A stretch of 64,000 nucleotides of DNA, from NCBI GenBank assembly GCA_964640295.1, contig CAZXFX010000008.1, forward strand, positions 3,153 to 67,152. The letters are read 5' to 3'. Position numbers and translations under genes: made by a program. This document shows positions 1 through 9,580 of the stretch, piece by piece (position 1 is the first letter of the stretch; each line of letters begins with the position of its first letter). Below the pieces are notes generated by a model, which saw nothing but the letters and a program-made list of their open reading frames with translations, had not been told where the DNA came from and ran no database searches. The DNA is from an uncultured Dehalococcoidia bacterium (GTDB taxonomy: Bacteria; Chloroflexota; Dehalococcoidia; Lucifugimonadales; UBA1123).

Positions 1-666
1 CGTCCGGACGCTGACGGCAAGCGACTCGTCACTATCAGGACGGTGGAGGACGCCGCGCAGAGGCGCGCGACGCAGTACGACAAGTCGGGAGACCAGCACT
101 ACGACACCATCTCCGCGTTCATCAAATCGGTGAGAGCGTCGGACCCCAACGCGGCGGTTTACTGGCTCGCCAGAATGATACATTCAGGAGAAGACCCGCT
201 CTTCATAGCGCGCCGACTGGTGATTCTGGCGGCGGAAGACGTGGGACTCGCCGACCCCAACGCGCTCACAGTCGCGGTATCCGCGCAGCAAGCCGTCCAC
301 TTCGTGGGTATGCCAGAAGGCAGAATACCGCTATCCGAGGCGACCGTCTATCTGGCGTCCGCCCCCAAGAGCAACCGCGCCTACGCGGCCATAAACGAAG
401 CGATGAAGGACGCCGAACGCGGCATGAGCGAACCGGTTCCGCTTCATCTAAGGAACGCGGTTACCGGCTTGATGAAGGATATGGACTACGGCAAGGGCTA
501 CAAGTACGCCCACGACTACGAGGATGGCTTTACGCCCACGCAGAACCTGCCCGAAAACCTGAAGGGAAAGCGGTACTACCGTCCGTCCGCCCGCGGATAC
601 GAGGCGCGGGTATCCGAAAGGCTGAAGCGCTGGTGGGGCGACCGAGACGATAAGCAGATTGACTGA
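1..666 (+). CDS. rarA: Replication-associated recombination protein A (RarA/MgsA), C-terminal part; 5-prime end lies outside the window
   Basis: The reading frame is open from base 1. The C-terminal helical domain has the typical string SDPNAAVYWLARMIHSGEDPLFIARRLVILAAEDVGLADP followed by YKYAHDY. Confidence 0.85.
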   Translation, partial: RPDADGKRLVTIRTVEDAAQRRATQYDKSGDQHYDTISAFIKSVRASDPNAAVYWLARMIHSGEDPLFIARRLVILAAEDVGLADPNALTVAVSAQQAVHFVGMPEGRIPLSEATVYLASAPKSNRAYAAINEAMKDAERGMSEPVPLHLRNAVTGLMKDMDYGKGYKYAHDYEDGFTPTQNLPENLKGKRYYRPSARGYEARVSERLKRWWGDRDDKQID

Positions 667-674
667 AAAACGCG

Positions 675-1934
675 CTAATCGCCGGCGACCGCGGATTCGC
701 TCGGCGCATCCTCCTCTGATTCGTCGGGAACCAGGTCCGCTTCCCGCTCGACGCTCGACGCCCTGGGAATCAGCCTGACCGCGTTCAGCATCACGATGAC
801 GGCTCCGACGCCGACCGCAAGCGGCGCTCCAAATAAGCTCGCCAACGCGCCGGTGTGGAATCCTGTCATTCCGGTTACGCCCCAAAGCATGGACTGGAAG
901 CTGAGCACTCGTCCGCGCATATCGTAAGGCACGCCTGTCTGAAGCATCGCGTTTACGACTGTTTCGTAGATGATCGCGGTTCCGTAGGCCAGTCCGAGCA
1001 TAACGAGCGACAGAGGGATAGAGCGCGACAGCGAGAACATGAGCAGGAACAATCCGTATCCGAACATTCCCGCCACCATGAAGAGACCCTTCTTACGCGG
1101 ATTCTCGAATGAAGAAAACGCTATGCTGGTGACCGCCGCCCCCATGCTTCCGGCGGCAAGCAGATTGCCGAGTCCTGTCGCGCCCATTCCGAGAACGTCC
1201 CTCGCCATGACGGGCAGCATGGGCTCGTGCGACCAGCCAAATAATTCATTCAGCAGTATCGCCCCCAGCAGTGTCCTGACGAGCGGCGACTTGATGGAGA
1301 ACAGCGCGCCTTCCTTGAGGTCTTTGAATGGGGAAGACTTATCGGGACGTTTGCGAACCGGCGGATTGACCAGCGTGAGCAGGCCGACCGAAATGAGGTC
1401 GCCCGCCGCCATGGCCGCGTATGCCCAGCCCATGCCGGCGCCGTCAACCACCCTGCCGATTGTCAGCGGGACGGCCACGCCCATCACCGTCATCGAAGCT
1501 ACCCGGGCGGCGGTGGCGCTCACAAGCCGCTTCCGACCCACTATATCCAGGCTCAGAGCCATTAGCCCGGGTATCCTAACCGAAGCCGTAATGCCGGACG
1601 CAATCGGAAAGAGGAGCACGTGCCAGAGCTGGACCGAGTCGCTGAAGATGAGCGTGGCGATGATGACGGCTCCGACGCCCCTGAACAGGCCCGCTATCTG
1701 CACTGCGCGAACCTTCTTCACGCGGTCTATCACGACGCCGCCGAGCGGAGAGAAGATGACCATCGTCAGCCCGCCCAGGAACGAAGATATGCCGACCCAA
1801 AGCGGCGAGTCGGTTATCAGTAGAACGAGCCAGCCATGCGCCGCGAAGTAGGCGATCAGGCTTACGTCGCCGAACGCCCCGGCTATCCAGAAGGTTCTGA
1901 ACTGTGAATGTCGCAGAAGCAGCAGCACCCGCAA
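675..1934 (-). CDS. MFS transporter
   Basis: 419-aa ORF that is hydrophobic throughout with about 12 predicted helices, and has an acidic cytoplasmic tail. The opposite-strand ORFs are shadow ORFs. Confidence 0.75.
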   Translation of the reverse strand: MRVLLLLRHSQFRTFWIAGAFGDVSLIAYFAAHGWLVLLITDSPLWVGISSFLGGLTMVIFSPLGGVVIDRVKKVRAVQIAGLFRGVGAVIIATLIFSDSVQLWHVLLFPIASGITASVRIPGLMALSLDIVGRKRLVSATAARVASMTVMGVAVPLTIGRVVDGAGMGWAYAAMAAGDLISVGLLTLVNPPVRKRPDKSSPFKDLKEGALFSIKSPLVRTLLGAILLNELFGWSHEPMLPVMARDVLGMGATGLGNLLAAGSMGAAVTSIAFSSFENPRKKGLFMVAGMFGYGLFLLMFSLSRSIPLSLVMLGLAYGTAIIYETVVNAMLQTGVPYDMRGRVLSFQSMLWGVTGMTGFHTGALASLFGAPLAVGVGAVIVMLNAVRLIPRASSVEREADLVPDESEEDAPSESAVAGD

Positions 1935-2019
1935 CCCCTATCGCATAAGACTAGAAGAGCGGGCTTGCCCCATCGAGGAGAGCCCGCTCGAACGGTCTGT
2001 AGAGTTGTTCTTCAGGCGT

Positions 2020-3054
2020 CTAGTCGCCGTTTGAGAAGACGTCTCGCACAGTCTCCAGCGTGTAATCAATATCCGATTCGGTTATGCCGTAGTGGGTCAC
2101 GTATCGCCAGCGCTTCTGTCCGCCGCCGCCCTTGACGCCCCGCTCCACAAGCTGTCGGTGCAGTTCGTCTCTGTCCTCGCGCTCCACGTCGAAGAACACC
2201 AGGTTGGTGGGTAGAGACTCGGGTTCGATACTGATTCCGGGTATCTCGGCAAGACCATGAGCGAGCTTGCGCGCGTTCGAGTGGTCTTCGGCGAGACGCT
2301 CGACCATCGTGTCCAGGGCGACAAGTCCGGCGGCGGCGATTACGCCCACCTGCCTCATGCTTCCGCCCACCATCTTGCGCCAGCGGCGCGCTTCCAGTAT
2401 GTAGTCTTCCGAGCCGACGATTATCGAGCCTATCGGACAACTCAGCCCTTTCGACAGGCAGAACGTCAGCGAGTCCACGTCCTTGACCAACTCGGACACA
2501 GGCGCTTCGAGCGCGACCGCCGCGTTGAATATGCGCGCGCCGTCAACGTGCACCGGCACCCCGTTAGCGTGCGCGACGTCTGCCACCGCCTTCATGTCGT
2601 CCTGGGTCAGCGTCGCGCCGCCGCACATATTCTGGGTATTCTCCAGGCAGACTAGCGCCGTGCGCGGCATGTGCGGGTCGTTGGGGCGCACCGCCGCCTG
2701 AATATCGTCCGTGTCCAGCATGCCGCGGTCGTCATTCGGAATGGTGTGGAACGAAATTCCGCCGAGCGCTGACGCTCCTCCCGCTTCGCTCCTGAATATA
2801 TGCGCTTTGTTGCCGAGAATGATCTCGTCGCCCCGCTGAGCGTGAGAAAGCACGGACACCAGGTTTCCCATCGTTCCGCTGGCGACGAACACCGCCGCTT
2901 CTTTGCCCAGGCGCTCCGCGGCTTTCGCCTCGAGGGCGTTGAGGGTCGGGTCTTCGCCATAAACGTCATCTCCCAACTCCGCTTCGTACATGGCCCTCCG
3001 CATTTCGGGAGAAGGATGTGTAACGGTGTCGCTTCGCAGGTCAACTACTCTCAT
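2020..3054 (-). CDS. ltaE: Low-specificity L-threonine aldolase (beta-eliminating lyase family, PLP-dependent)
   Basis: DLRSDTVTHPSPEMRRAM near the N-terminus, plus GTMGNLVSVL and SKGLSCPIGS (PLP Lys region). I chose the start at MRVVDL because a strong AAGGAGGA RBS lies about 8 nt upstream; the ORF stays open to 3120. Confidence 0.8.
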   Translation of the reverse strand: MRVVDLRSDTVTHPSPEMRRAMYEAELGDDVYGEDPTLNALEAKAAERLGKEAAVFVASGTMGNLVSVLSHAQRGDEIILGNKAHIFRSEAGGASALGGISFHTIPNDDRGMLDTDDIQAAVRPNDPHMPRTALVCLENTQNMCGGATLTQDDMKAVADVAHANGVPVHVDGARIFNAAVALEAPVSELVKDVDSLTFCLSKGLSCPIGSIIVGSEDYILEARRWRKMVGGSMRQVGVIAAAGLVALDTMVERLAEDHSNARKLAHGLAEIPGISIEPESLPTNLVFFDVEREDRDELHRQLVERGVKGGGGQKRWRYVTHYGITESDIDYTLETVRDVFSNGD

Positions 3055-3158
3055 TCGCCTTGTCCTCCTTGCGCTCACAGGAGCGCTCATTCGCTGTCTC
3101 GGCTCGGTCAATTCTACCAACCGAACCTGCCAAACGCCATAGCGAGGCGCTTGCGGGG

Positions 3159-3698
3159 TCAGGCTGAACCGACGCCCTCCACGAAATCTATCGCGCGCAT
3201 GCCGAGCAGCCTAACGTCTTTGGGCGGAATTTCGGCGCGGGAATCGAACGACAGGGGAATGCCGTCGGCCAGCGCGTCTCTGGACACCCACCGCCAGCCG
3301 GACGGGAGAGCGGGGGCCGCCTCGACAGGCAAACAGAAGTAGATCATGTCTATGTGCTTGTGGAAACCCTGGACTGGATCGTGAATGTCTTCCACCATGA
3401 TCGTATAGGGCGGAAAGACTTGCTCAGGGTACGAAAGCCTCATATCCGCGCCCGTGTTGAGTACCTCCACTTCGAGGCCCGTTTCCTCCAGAATTTCCCG
3501 CGCGACAGCCTGAACAGGGTCTTCGTTCGGTTCTATATGTCCGCCGGGCGGGAGCCACGCCTTCACTTTGGGGTGCCAGTGGAGAGCCACGCGGCGCTCG
3601 TGGACTACGAACCCGGTCGAGGTGAAGTGCCGCACCAGAGGCGAGTCCGAGTTAGTCGTCGTCTCCGCGGATGAGATCTTTTGAGTAGAGACTCTCAC
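3159..3698 (-). CDS. NUDIX hydrolase
   Basis: Nudix box GGHIEPNEDPVQAVAREILEETGLEV. I propose a GTG start at 3698, preceded by AGGGGAG and overlapping the upstream stop as GTGA. The annotated ATG at 3839 would overlap the upstream gene by 145 nt. Confidence 0.75.
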   Translation of the reverse strand: MRVSTQKISSAETTTNSDSPLVRHFTSTGFVVHERRVALHWHPKVKAWLPPGGHIEPNEDPVQAVAREILEETGLEVEVLNTGADMRLSYPEQVFPPYTIMVEDIHDPVQGFHKHIDMIYFCLPVEAAPALPSGWRWVSRDALADGIPLSFDSRAEIPPKDVRLLGMRAIDFVEGVGSA

Positions 3699-5431
3699 TG
3701 TCGGCTCCCCTCTGGCCCTGGTTCGTTTCCTGGATTCGGCGTAGGCGGAGTAGGATTGAGTCCGCTGGGCGAGCGTTCGGCTCTGAATCGCCGTCCCCTG
3801 CGAACCAGAATGACTATCAGGACAGCCACCGGAACCCATATTACGCCGAAGACGCCAAGCCAGATAGCGAGTGTCGTCAAGCTGGATATTACCACGCTCA
3901 ACGTCCTGACCGCTGTCTTGGAAGTTTCCCCTATGTCAAAGCCGCCCGCTATGAGGCCCGGATCCTCACCCACCCAGACGAGTATCTCGTGGAATGACAC
4001 TATCTCCCCCACCGCGCTGTCCGCGGTGATGGTAAACCGCGTCCTGTAAGGTGTCGCGCGGTAATCGGCGTACACGTGCGTGGCGTCCACACGAGTTACG
4101 CCCTCCGCCAGGTCGCCCACTTCAGGCCGCGAGCCGTCTCCGAAGTCCCACTCGTACCGAACGTCGCTGAGTCCCGCTGGGCGCGTAAACGAACCGGAGA
4201 ACTCCACCGTCTCGCGCTGAAGCGCTCGATATTCCCTTTCGCCCGCGAACACCTCTATCACCGGTGTTTCGGACACGGTAACTATCAGCGTGTCCTCGCC
4301 CTCGGCGACGCCGCTATCGCCGTAACTGCTAATCGTTGCCTGGACGATGAATGGCGAATCTCTCGGGTCGTCATAGGAATGCGTGACCGTGGCGGTCACG
4401 CGCTCGCCCTCGTTGGTTGTCGGCGCAGAGCGGCGGGTGGTCACCGGCTCGGAACCGTCTCCAAAATCCCAGGTAATCTGGTTTTCGTCCATGCCCTCCG
4501 GCGGCTTGAACGTCGCCTTGAATCTGATCGGATTATAAGCGGCGACGGACTGGTCGGGACCGGCGTCCACTGACATATCGAGCGGAGCCAGACTCAGGTG
4601 AACGGTTATCAGCGAGTACGCCGACGTCTCTTCCAGCAGCTTGATGCGCCCCAGCAGTCGCTCGACGTTCTCCTGAACCGAGCTCAGTTCGCGCTGAACC
4701 GCGAGAGCGTGCTCCACGCTCGCGGCCCTGTCCATCAGCTTGATGAGCGCGGCCTCGGTTGCCTGCTGGTTCTTCAGGCGGGAGTGTAGATCGAAGTACT
4801 CGTCCGTAACGTCCTGGCTGGAGGAGATTTCGGACTCGACGTCCTTGGCGATGAGGCGCAGCGATTCTATGGCCGAGTCCAGTTCTTCCGCTGGCACGCG
4901 AACGCTCACGCTTCCGGCGTGTTTTCGCTGGCGGTCGGTCGAGACCACCCAACCGCCCAGGCTGTCCGCAAGTTCCGAGATTTGGTCTATCGCGGCCTGT
5001 ATTTCGTCAACGACGATACCCATATTGACGGTGCGAATGATTATGCGTCGCTGGGACACCAGTTGCGCTATCCGCTCTCCGTCCGAGCGTTCCATGACAA
5101 CGGTCTCTCGCGCATCCTGTCGAGGCGCGGGCGCGGCGGCCGCCGGCGCCTGCGGCGCGGCGACTTCTCTTTCTACGATGACCTTCTGTTCAGTAATCAT
5201 CTGGGCCGCCGCGGGCGCGGCGGGAGCCGGGGCGACAGCCCCTTGCGCCGCTGAGTCGTCGAATGGATTACGGAGTCCCATAATAGTTCTGTCCATTCCC
5301 ATTGACTCGCGGAACTCCGCTCTCTCTTCCACCAACATCTCTTCATCACCTGAGGAGCCGCAAGCGAATGTTAGCGCGGCCAGGAGCGATACGATTGCGA
5401 CGATGACGAAAGCCATCGGGTTTATCTTCAT
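3695..5431 (-). CDS. Lipoprotein with a DUF4349-like domain, two PKD-like domains and a C-terminal membrane anchor
   Basis: Lipobox LTFAC after MKINPMAFVIVAIVSLLAA. The DUF4349-type block includes RVPAEELDSAIESLR...SQDVTDEYFDLHSRLKNQQATEAALIKLM...SAYSLITVHLSL. There are two WDFGDGS motifs (PKD) and a TM helix close to the C-terminus, followed by a short basic/Pro-rich tail. A GGGGAG RBS precedes the ATG at 5431. Confidence 0.7.
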   Translation of the reverse strand: MKINPMAFVIVAIVSLLAALTFACGSSGDEEMLVEERAEFRESMGMDRTIMGLRNPFDDSAAQGAVAPAPAAPAAAQMITEQKVIVEREVAAPQAPAAAAPAPRQDARETVVMERSDGERIAQLVSQRRIIIRTVNMGIVVDEIQAAIDQISELADSLGGWVVSTDRQRKHAGSVSVRVPAEELDSAIESLRLIAKDVESEISSSQDVTDEYFDLHSRLKNQQATEAALIKLMDRAASVEHALAVQRELSSVQENVERLLGRIKLLEETSAYSLITVHLSLAPLDMSVDAGPDQSVAAYNPIRFKATFKPPEGMDENQITWDFGDGSEPVTTRRSAPTTNEGERVTATVTHSYDDPRDSPFIVQATISSYGDSGVAEGEDTLIVTVSETPVIEVFAGEREYRALQRETVEFSGSFTRPAGLSDVRYEWDFGDGSRPEVGDLAEGVTRVDATHVYADYRATPYRTRFTITADSAVGEIVSFHEILVWVGEDPGLIAGGFDIGETSKTAVRTLSVVISSLTTLAIWLGVFGVIWVPVAVLIVILVRRGRRFRAERSPSGLNPTPPTPNPGNEPGPEGSRQ

Positions 5432-5554
5432 CTTTGGAACTCCCCGCCGTATTTGAAAACGCTGGAATATATGAACAGTATAGCGGTTAACCAAATAGTT
5501 TGTTATCCCTGCAAGCTGTGCTTAGCCTGTATCAGGCAGATAGTCGGGTGATTC

Positions 5555-5956
5555 ATGTTATGTTTGGGTGCGCTAATAAATCGCGAGGCTTATCTACAGT
5601 ACCCGACTGGCAGCCCACACCCTTGGTCGATAGATAGAATCAACGACGCCTCCACAATCTACAATCTCACTGAGATAGCGCGGGATTGGATGTTGTCAGA
5701 TATTCGTGTCGAGGGCATGAGAAACGCGGACCGGCGAATACTGGTTGACTTCATCAACACGCTCGAGGATATTTCATGCAACCTGCAGGATCCCTGTCTG
5801 GACCTCTGGGCCTCAGACTTCGATTTTTGGATTGGGTATGTCAGGGATAGTTTTATCCACCCCAGACTCTACATGGAGGAACTCGACCTAAGCGTGGGAA
5901 TCGAACTGGAACAATCTAACTGGGAGGCGCTTACGAGGCGCGCCATTGCGGAGTAA
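5555..5956 (+). CDS. Hypothetical protein (orphan, lower-GC patch)
   Basis: 133-aa ORF in a visibly AT-richer segment (5495-6030). I recognised no motif. Confidence 0.3.
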   Translation: MLCLGALINREAYLQYPTGSPHPWSIDRINDASTIYNLTEIARDWMLSDIRVEGMRNADRRILVDFINTLEDISCNLQDPCLDLWASDFDFWIGYVRDSFIHPRLYMEELDLSVGIELEQSNWEALTRRAIAE

Positions 5957-6026
5957 CTCGCGCCCTTTGCGATATTTCAAAGACTGTCCTCTTATTGTGA
6001 AAAATATATCCAGATGTCATACTTGA

Positions 6027-7871
6027 ATGGTAACCGAGTATGAACGGAGTTTTAATCTGAGATTAAAATTTGGAAGAAAAAGCGGACAGGACCTTGATAA
6101 AGTTCCCGAGTCGGCTCCGCCAGGTAAGGCTGAGCCGACTTCCGACTTGATAAGAGCAGCGTCCCACACCGCCTTGAGGCGCGCCAAGGGGCTTGGCAAA
6201 AGCGCCAGCGACGCCGCGGCGGACGCTGTGTCCGGCGTTATCAGGGCCGCCGACGAAATCAGCGGCGAGGCGGCGGTCTTCGTCCGAGACGCTGTGGTCG
6301 GGGTGATAGAAGGCACAAGCAGAATCGCGACCATCAGCAAGCCGGTGGTCAGAGAAGTCACCTCTTCCGCAGTGCTGAGTTCCGCGGAGTCGGGCGACAA
6401 TTCTCCAGACTCCATCAAGCAGGCGGTCGAAGGCGCCGTGGTTGGAGCGGCCAAGGCGGGAGTGAGGGGCGGCGTAGCGGGCGCGCAGGCTTCGGAGGGT
6501 GTCGTCAAGGTCGTTGGGAACATCGGGTTTGACTTCACGGACATCGTTTCTCCCGCCATTCACGGCGTCATAACGGGAGTGCTTACGACTTCCGGAAACC
6601 TGTTCGAGGCTACGCAGGAGACGGCTCACGCGCTGGTCAAAAGCGGGGCTGATTCTAACCAGGATATTACTGAAGTCGCCGAGATCATCGTAAACGAGGC
6701 TATTCGAGCGACACGCCTGTATAACGTCGGCACAAGCGACGCGGTAGTAGGCGCCGCTCGCGGCTGCGTGGAAGCCGCCTACGAGATAGATCGCCCGACG
6801 GGCGAAGCCGTCAGAGTCACGCTTCTCGCGCTGGTGGACACGCCCCTGAATCGGCTCGCTCCGCCCATCAGACGTTCGATTTCCAAAGCCATCTCGGATC
6901 TCGCTGAAGAGTTCAGGGCCCGCCCCCAATTCTGGCGCGGCGTAGCGATGTGGAGAGCCGCCAAGCAATTTATGAGAGTCGGCGGCGTGGACTCGGGAGC
7001 GTCGCTGGCGTATTACACGCTTCTCGCATTCTTCCCGCTAACCGCCCTGTTCGTTCTCATGCTGTCTGTCTTCCTCGACAGGGAAATGATTCGGACGATA
7101 GTCATGGAAGTCTTTCTGTTCTACTTCCCGGGATCCGAAGAGTTCATATCCCATACGCTGGACTATCTTTACACGGCGCGACTGATAGCCAGCATCCTCT
7201 CCGTGGGGGGAATCATACTTGGCACGCTCGGACTGTTCGTCGCCGCGAATCGGGGCGTCAACCGAATCTTTGGATCGCCCCCCAAGAGACTGTATGGAAC
7301 CACTATTTCGACCATGGCCATCGCGTGCATAGCCGTCGTCTTGTTCATGGCGTCAATGGGCTTCACACTCGTGGTTCAATCGGGTCTGCGCCTGTCCGAC
7401 AGAATACCGATACTCGGCGCTCCGATTACCGCCCTGCTTACGCCGGCGTCAGGCGTAATACTCGCGTTGGTTCCGCTTATCATATCCAGCCTGGTGTTCA
7501 TTATCGTATTCAAGTATTTCCCCAATCAGAAAATCGAGTGGAGCGACGCCACCTTTGGCGGAGTTGTCACAGTCATTCTATTCGAGGCGGCGAAATACAT
7601 CTTCCTGTTCATCACATTCTTCAGCCAGAGAGAACTCCTCTACGGCCCGGTGTCATCCGTAATTCTCTTGCTAGTCTGGTCTCACGCGGCGGGGGTGATA
7701 TTTCTGTACGGCGCCGCGGTCACAAAGCAGTCATCCGATCTCAGGCCGAACGCGCTCAGCTTGCGCGCCGCGGGAAAGCGAGACGCGCTTCGCAGAGCGA
7801 ACATAGACCTCGGACGCGCTTCCTGGCGCGACAGCGAGGAAGACGACTGGACCCCGTCCCACCGTAACTGA
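6027..7871 (+). CDS. YihY/BrkB (virulence factor BrkB / RNase BN-like) family membrane protein with a roughly 300-aa N-terminal extension
   Basis: The C-terminal half has the typical YihY start GVDSGASLAYYTLLAFFPLTALFVLMLSVF and six hydrophobic helices. The N-terminal 300 aa is Ala/Val/Gly-rich with recurring AVVG[VA] segments. Confidence 0.75.
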   Translation: MVTEYERSFNLRLKFGRKSGQDLDKVPESAPPGKAEPTSDLIRAASHTALRRAKGLGKSASDAAADAVSGVIRAADEISGEAAVFVRDAVVGVIEGTSRIATISKPVVREVTSSAVLSSAESGDNSPDSIKQAVEGAVVGAAKAGVRGGVAGAQASEGVVKVVGNIGFDFTDIVSPAIHGVITGVLTTSGNLFEATQETAHALVKSGADSNQDITEVAEIIVNEAIRATRLYNVGTSDAVVGAARGCVEAAYEIDRPTGEAVRVTLLALVDTPLNRLAPPIRRSISKAISDLAEEFRARPQFWRGVAMWRAAKQFMRVGGVDSGASLAYYTLLAFFPLTALFVLMLSVFLDREMIRTIVMEVFLFYFPGSEEFISHTLDYLYTARLIASILSVGGIILGTLGLFVAANRGVNRIFGSPPKRLYGTTISTMAIACIAVVLFMASMGFTLVVQSGLRLSDRIPILGAPITALLTPASGVILALVPLIISSLVFIIVFKYFPNQKIEWSDATFGGVVTVILFEAAKYIFLFITFFSQRELLYGPVSSVILLLVWSHAAGVIFLYGAAVTKQSSDLRPNALSLRAAGKRDALRRANIDLGRASWRDSEEDDWTPSHRN

Positions 7872-8033
7872 AGTCGCCGCAGAAGGCCGTGAAGCGGATG
7901 CCCCAGCCAGGCTTTCGATTATCTGAGACCCGCTCGTCCTGAGCTTTTCGTAGGACGCCTGTTGAAAGCCGCTGTCAGTCAGTTCGCAGGCATCTTGTAG
8001 AATAGCCGGAAGACCCTGGCGCCCCGGTCGCTT

Positions 8034-9290
8034 CTACCGAGCGGCGCCCGCTTTCGCGCGCTCAACCGAACTCCTTGCCTGAGTCAGAGACAGCGCGCCA
8101 ATAGCGAACATGACAGCCGCCACCGCGAACGCGAGCGCGTAGCTGTCCGTGTAGTCATAGGAATAGCCCGCTAGGAGCGGCCCCAATCCAAAGGAAACCA
8201 TCGAAGCCATATTGATGATGCCCATTATGCTCCCGAAATTTCGCACCCCGAAAGCGTCTTGCACCGTTAACTGAAACAGCGCCCCGAAAGCGCCGCTGAA
8301 ATAGCCATACACCGGGACTGATACCCACAAGATGAGCGGCGACCCCGCCCATATCATCATAGTAACGAATATCGCCTGACCGAACAGGTTCATCATCAAT
8401 GTGTATCGCGCGGAAATCCTCTCAGCGATAATCCCCATGAAGAACTTGCCGACTATGCCCATGATGGCGAATACGCTGAGCGCGACTGTGGCCACCCTGA
8501 GCGACACCCCTTCGTCAACCAGGTGGGTGATGATTTGCGGCAGCACCGTCGAGTACGTGAAAGTCCCCATCACGATGGACAGCGCGATGGCGTAGAAAGT
8601 CTTGCTTCTGAGCGCCTCGCCCACAGAGACGCCGCTCACCAGCGGAGACACGCCTCCGCCGCCCGCCGCTTCAGACAACTGGTCGCCCAACTCCGACGCT
8701 TTCGGAAAATCTCTCACCGCGACGAGCGCGTATATCACCATCAGCGCGCTCATGACGCCGAGAGCGACATACGCTCCCTGCCAAGACGCGAGCGTGAGAA
8801 GCCCTCCGAGAATCGGCGGCATTAAGAGCCCGCCAAAGTTATTCCCCATGGCGGTAATGCCCATCGCCCTGCCCCGCGTCCTGTGAAACCAGAGCCCGAC
8901 CAGCTTTCCGGCCGGCAGCATGGACGCGCCCGTATAGCCGCTGTACTGGAGAAGACTCAGCGCGTACCAGTGCCAGAGCTCCGACATAAACGGGCGCAAC
9001 AAGTATCCGACGGCGGTCAGCGCGAGCGAGACTGCCATCACGTGCTTCGCGCCGTACTTGTCCATGATTCGGCCAAGGATTGGCGCGATGAGGCTGCCAA
9101 CCGCCGTGAATGACAGAGACAGGTTTATCTGCGTGCGAGTCCAGCCAAACGTCTCTTCCAGCGGCTCGATGAATATCCCAAAGCCGTATTGGCCGGCTCC
9201 GGTGCCAATCGCCGCGGCGAAGAACGGTACCGAAACTACCCACCACCCTCTGTATATAGAGGGCATTTCTATTCTGCGAACAAGGTTCAA
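8034..9290 (-). CDS. MFS transporter (oxalate/formate antiporter-like)
   Basis: 418 aa with 12 hydrophobic segments. The N-terminal GAGQYGFGIFIEPLEETFGWTRTQI is typical of the OFA subfamily. Confidence 0.75.
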   Translation of the reverse strand: MNLVRRIEMPSIYRGWWVVSVPFFAAAIGTGAGQYGFGIFIEPLEETFGWTRTQINLSLSFTAVGSLIAPILGRIMDKYGAKHVMAVSLALTAVGYLLRPFMSELWHWYALSLLQYSGYTGASMLPAGKLVGLWFHRTRGRAMGITAMGNNFGGLLMPPILGGLLTLASWQGAYVALGVMSALMVIYALVAVRDFPKASELGDQLSEAAGGGGVSPLVSGVSVGEALRSKTFYAIALSIVMGTFTYSTVLPQIITHLVDEGVSLRVATVALSVFAIMGIVGKFFMGIIAERISARYTLMMNLFGQAIFVTMMIWAGSPLILWVSVPVYGYFSGAFGALFQLTVQDAFGVRNFGSIMGIINMASMVSFGLGPLLAGYSYDYTDSYALAFAVAAVMFAIGALSLTQARSSVERAKAGAAR

Positions 9291-9328
9291 GCTAATGGGC
9301 GCGGACTCTCATTATGATGGATGGAGAC

Positions 9329-9431
9329 GTATCAATTCAGTCGGCGCTCCACATTGCGCGAAAATCCCTTTCCTCTTGATGGGGGAAGATCAGGATGGGG
9401 GTAATCCAACCCATCCGCCAAACTGATACAG
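9329..9431 (+). repeat. Copy A of a dispersed roughly 100-bp intergenic element with short terminal inverted repeats
   Basis: GTATCAA...GCGCTCCACATTGCGCGAAAATCCCTTTCCTCTTGATGGGGGAAGATCAGGATGGGGGTAATCCAACCCATCCGCCAAACTGATACAG. It is near-identical in most positions to the copies at 28339-28443 and 38991-39092. Confidence 0.65.
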
Positions 9432-9580
9432 GCTCACAAGTGAACAGTATATACAATCCTCCGCCCAATTCGTATAGAATTGCGATTGGAAACCTTGGCG
9501 TATCGAGAGACGCGAACGCCTTCCACTTAGAAAGAGCGTCTATATTTCGCGGCTTTGCCCGACGAGACAGGGAGGAACCG

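Noticed and set aside
448-1851. Long ORFs antisense to or overlapping rarA and the MFS gene (448..885, 855..1112, 1039..1851).
   Set aside because: These are typical shadow ORFs of a GC-rich genome, with Arg/Pro/Ser/Ala-biased composition and no motifs, and they overlap genes that have clear family signatures. The same reasoning applies to 6063..6968, 9656..10411, 23269..23943, 24034..24654, 39978..41030, 53123..53773, 57606..58796, 60277..60960, 62971..63894 and similar ORFs.
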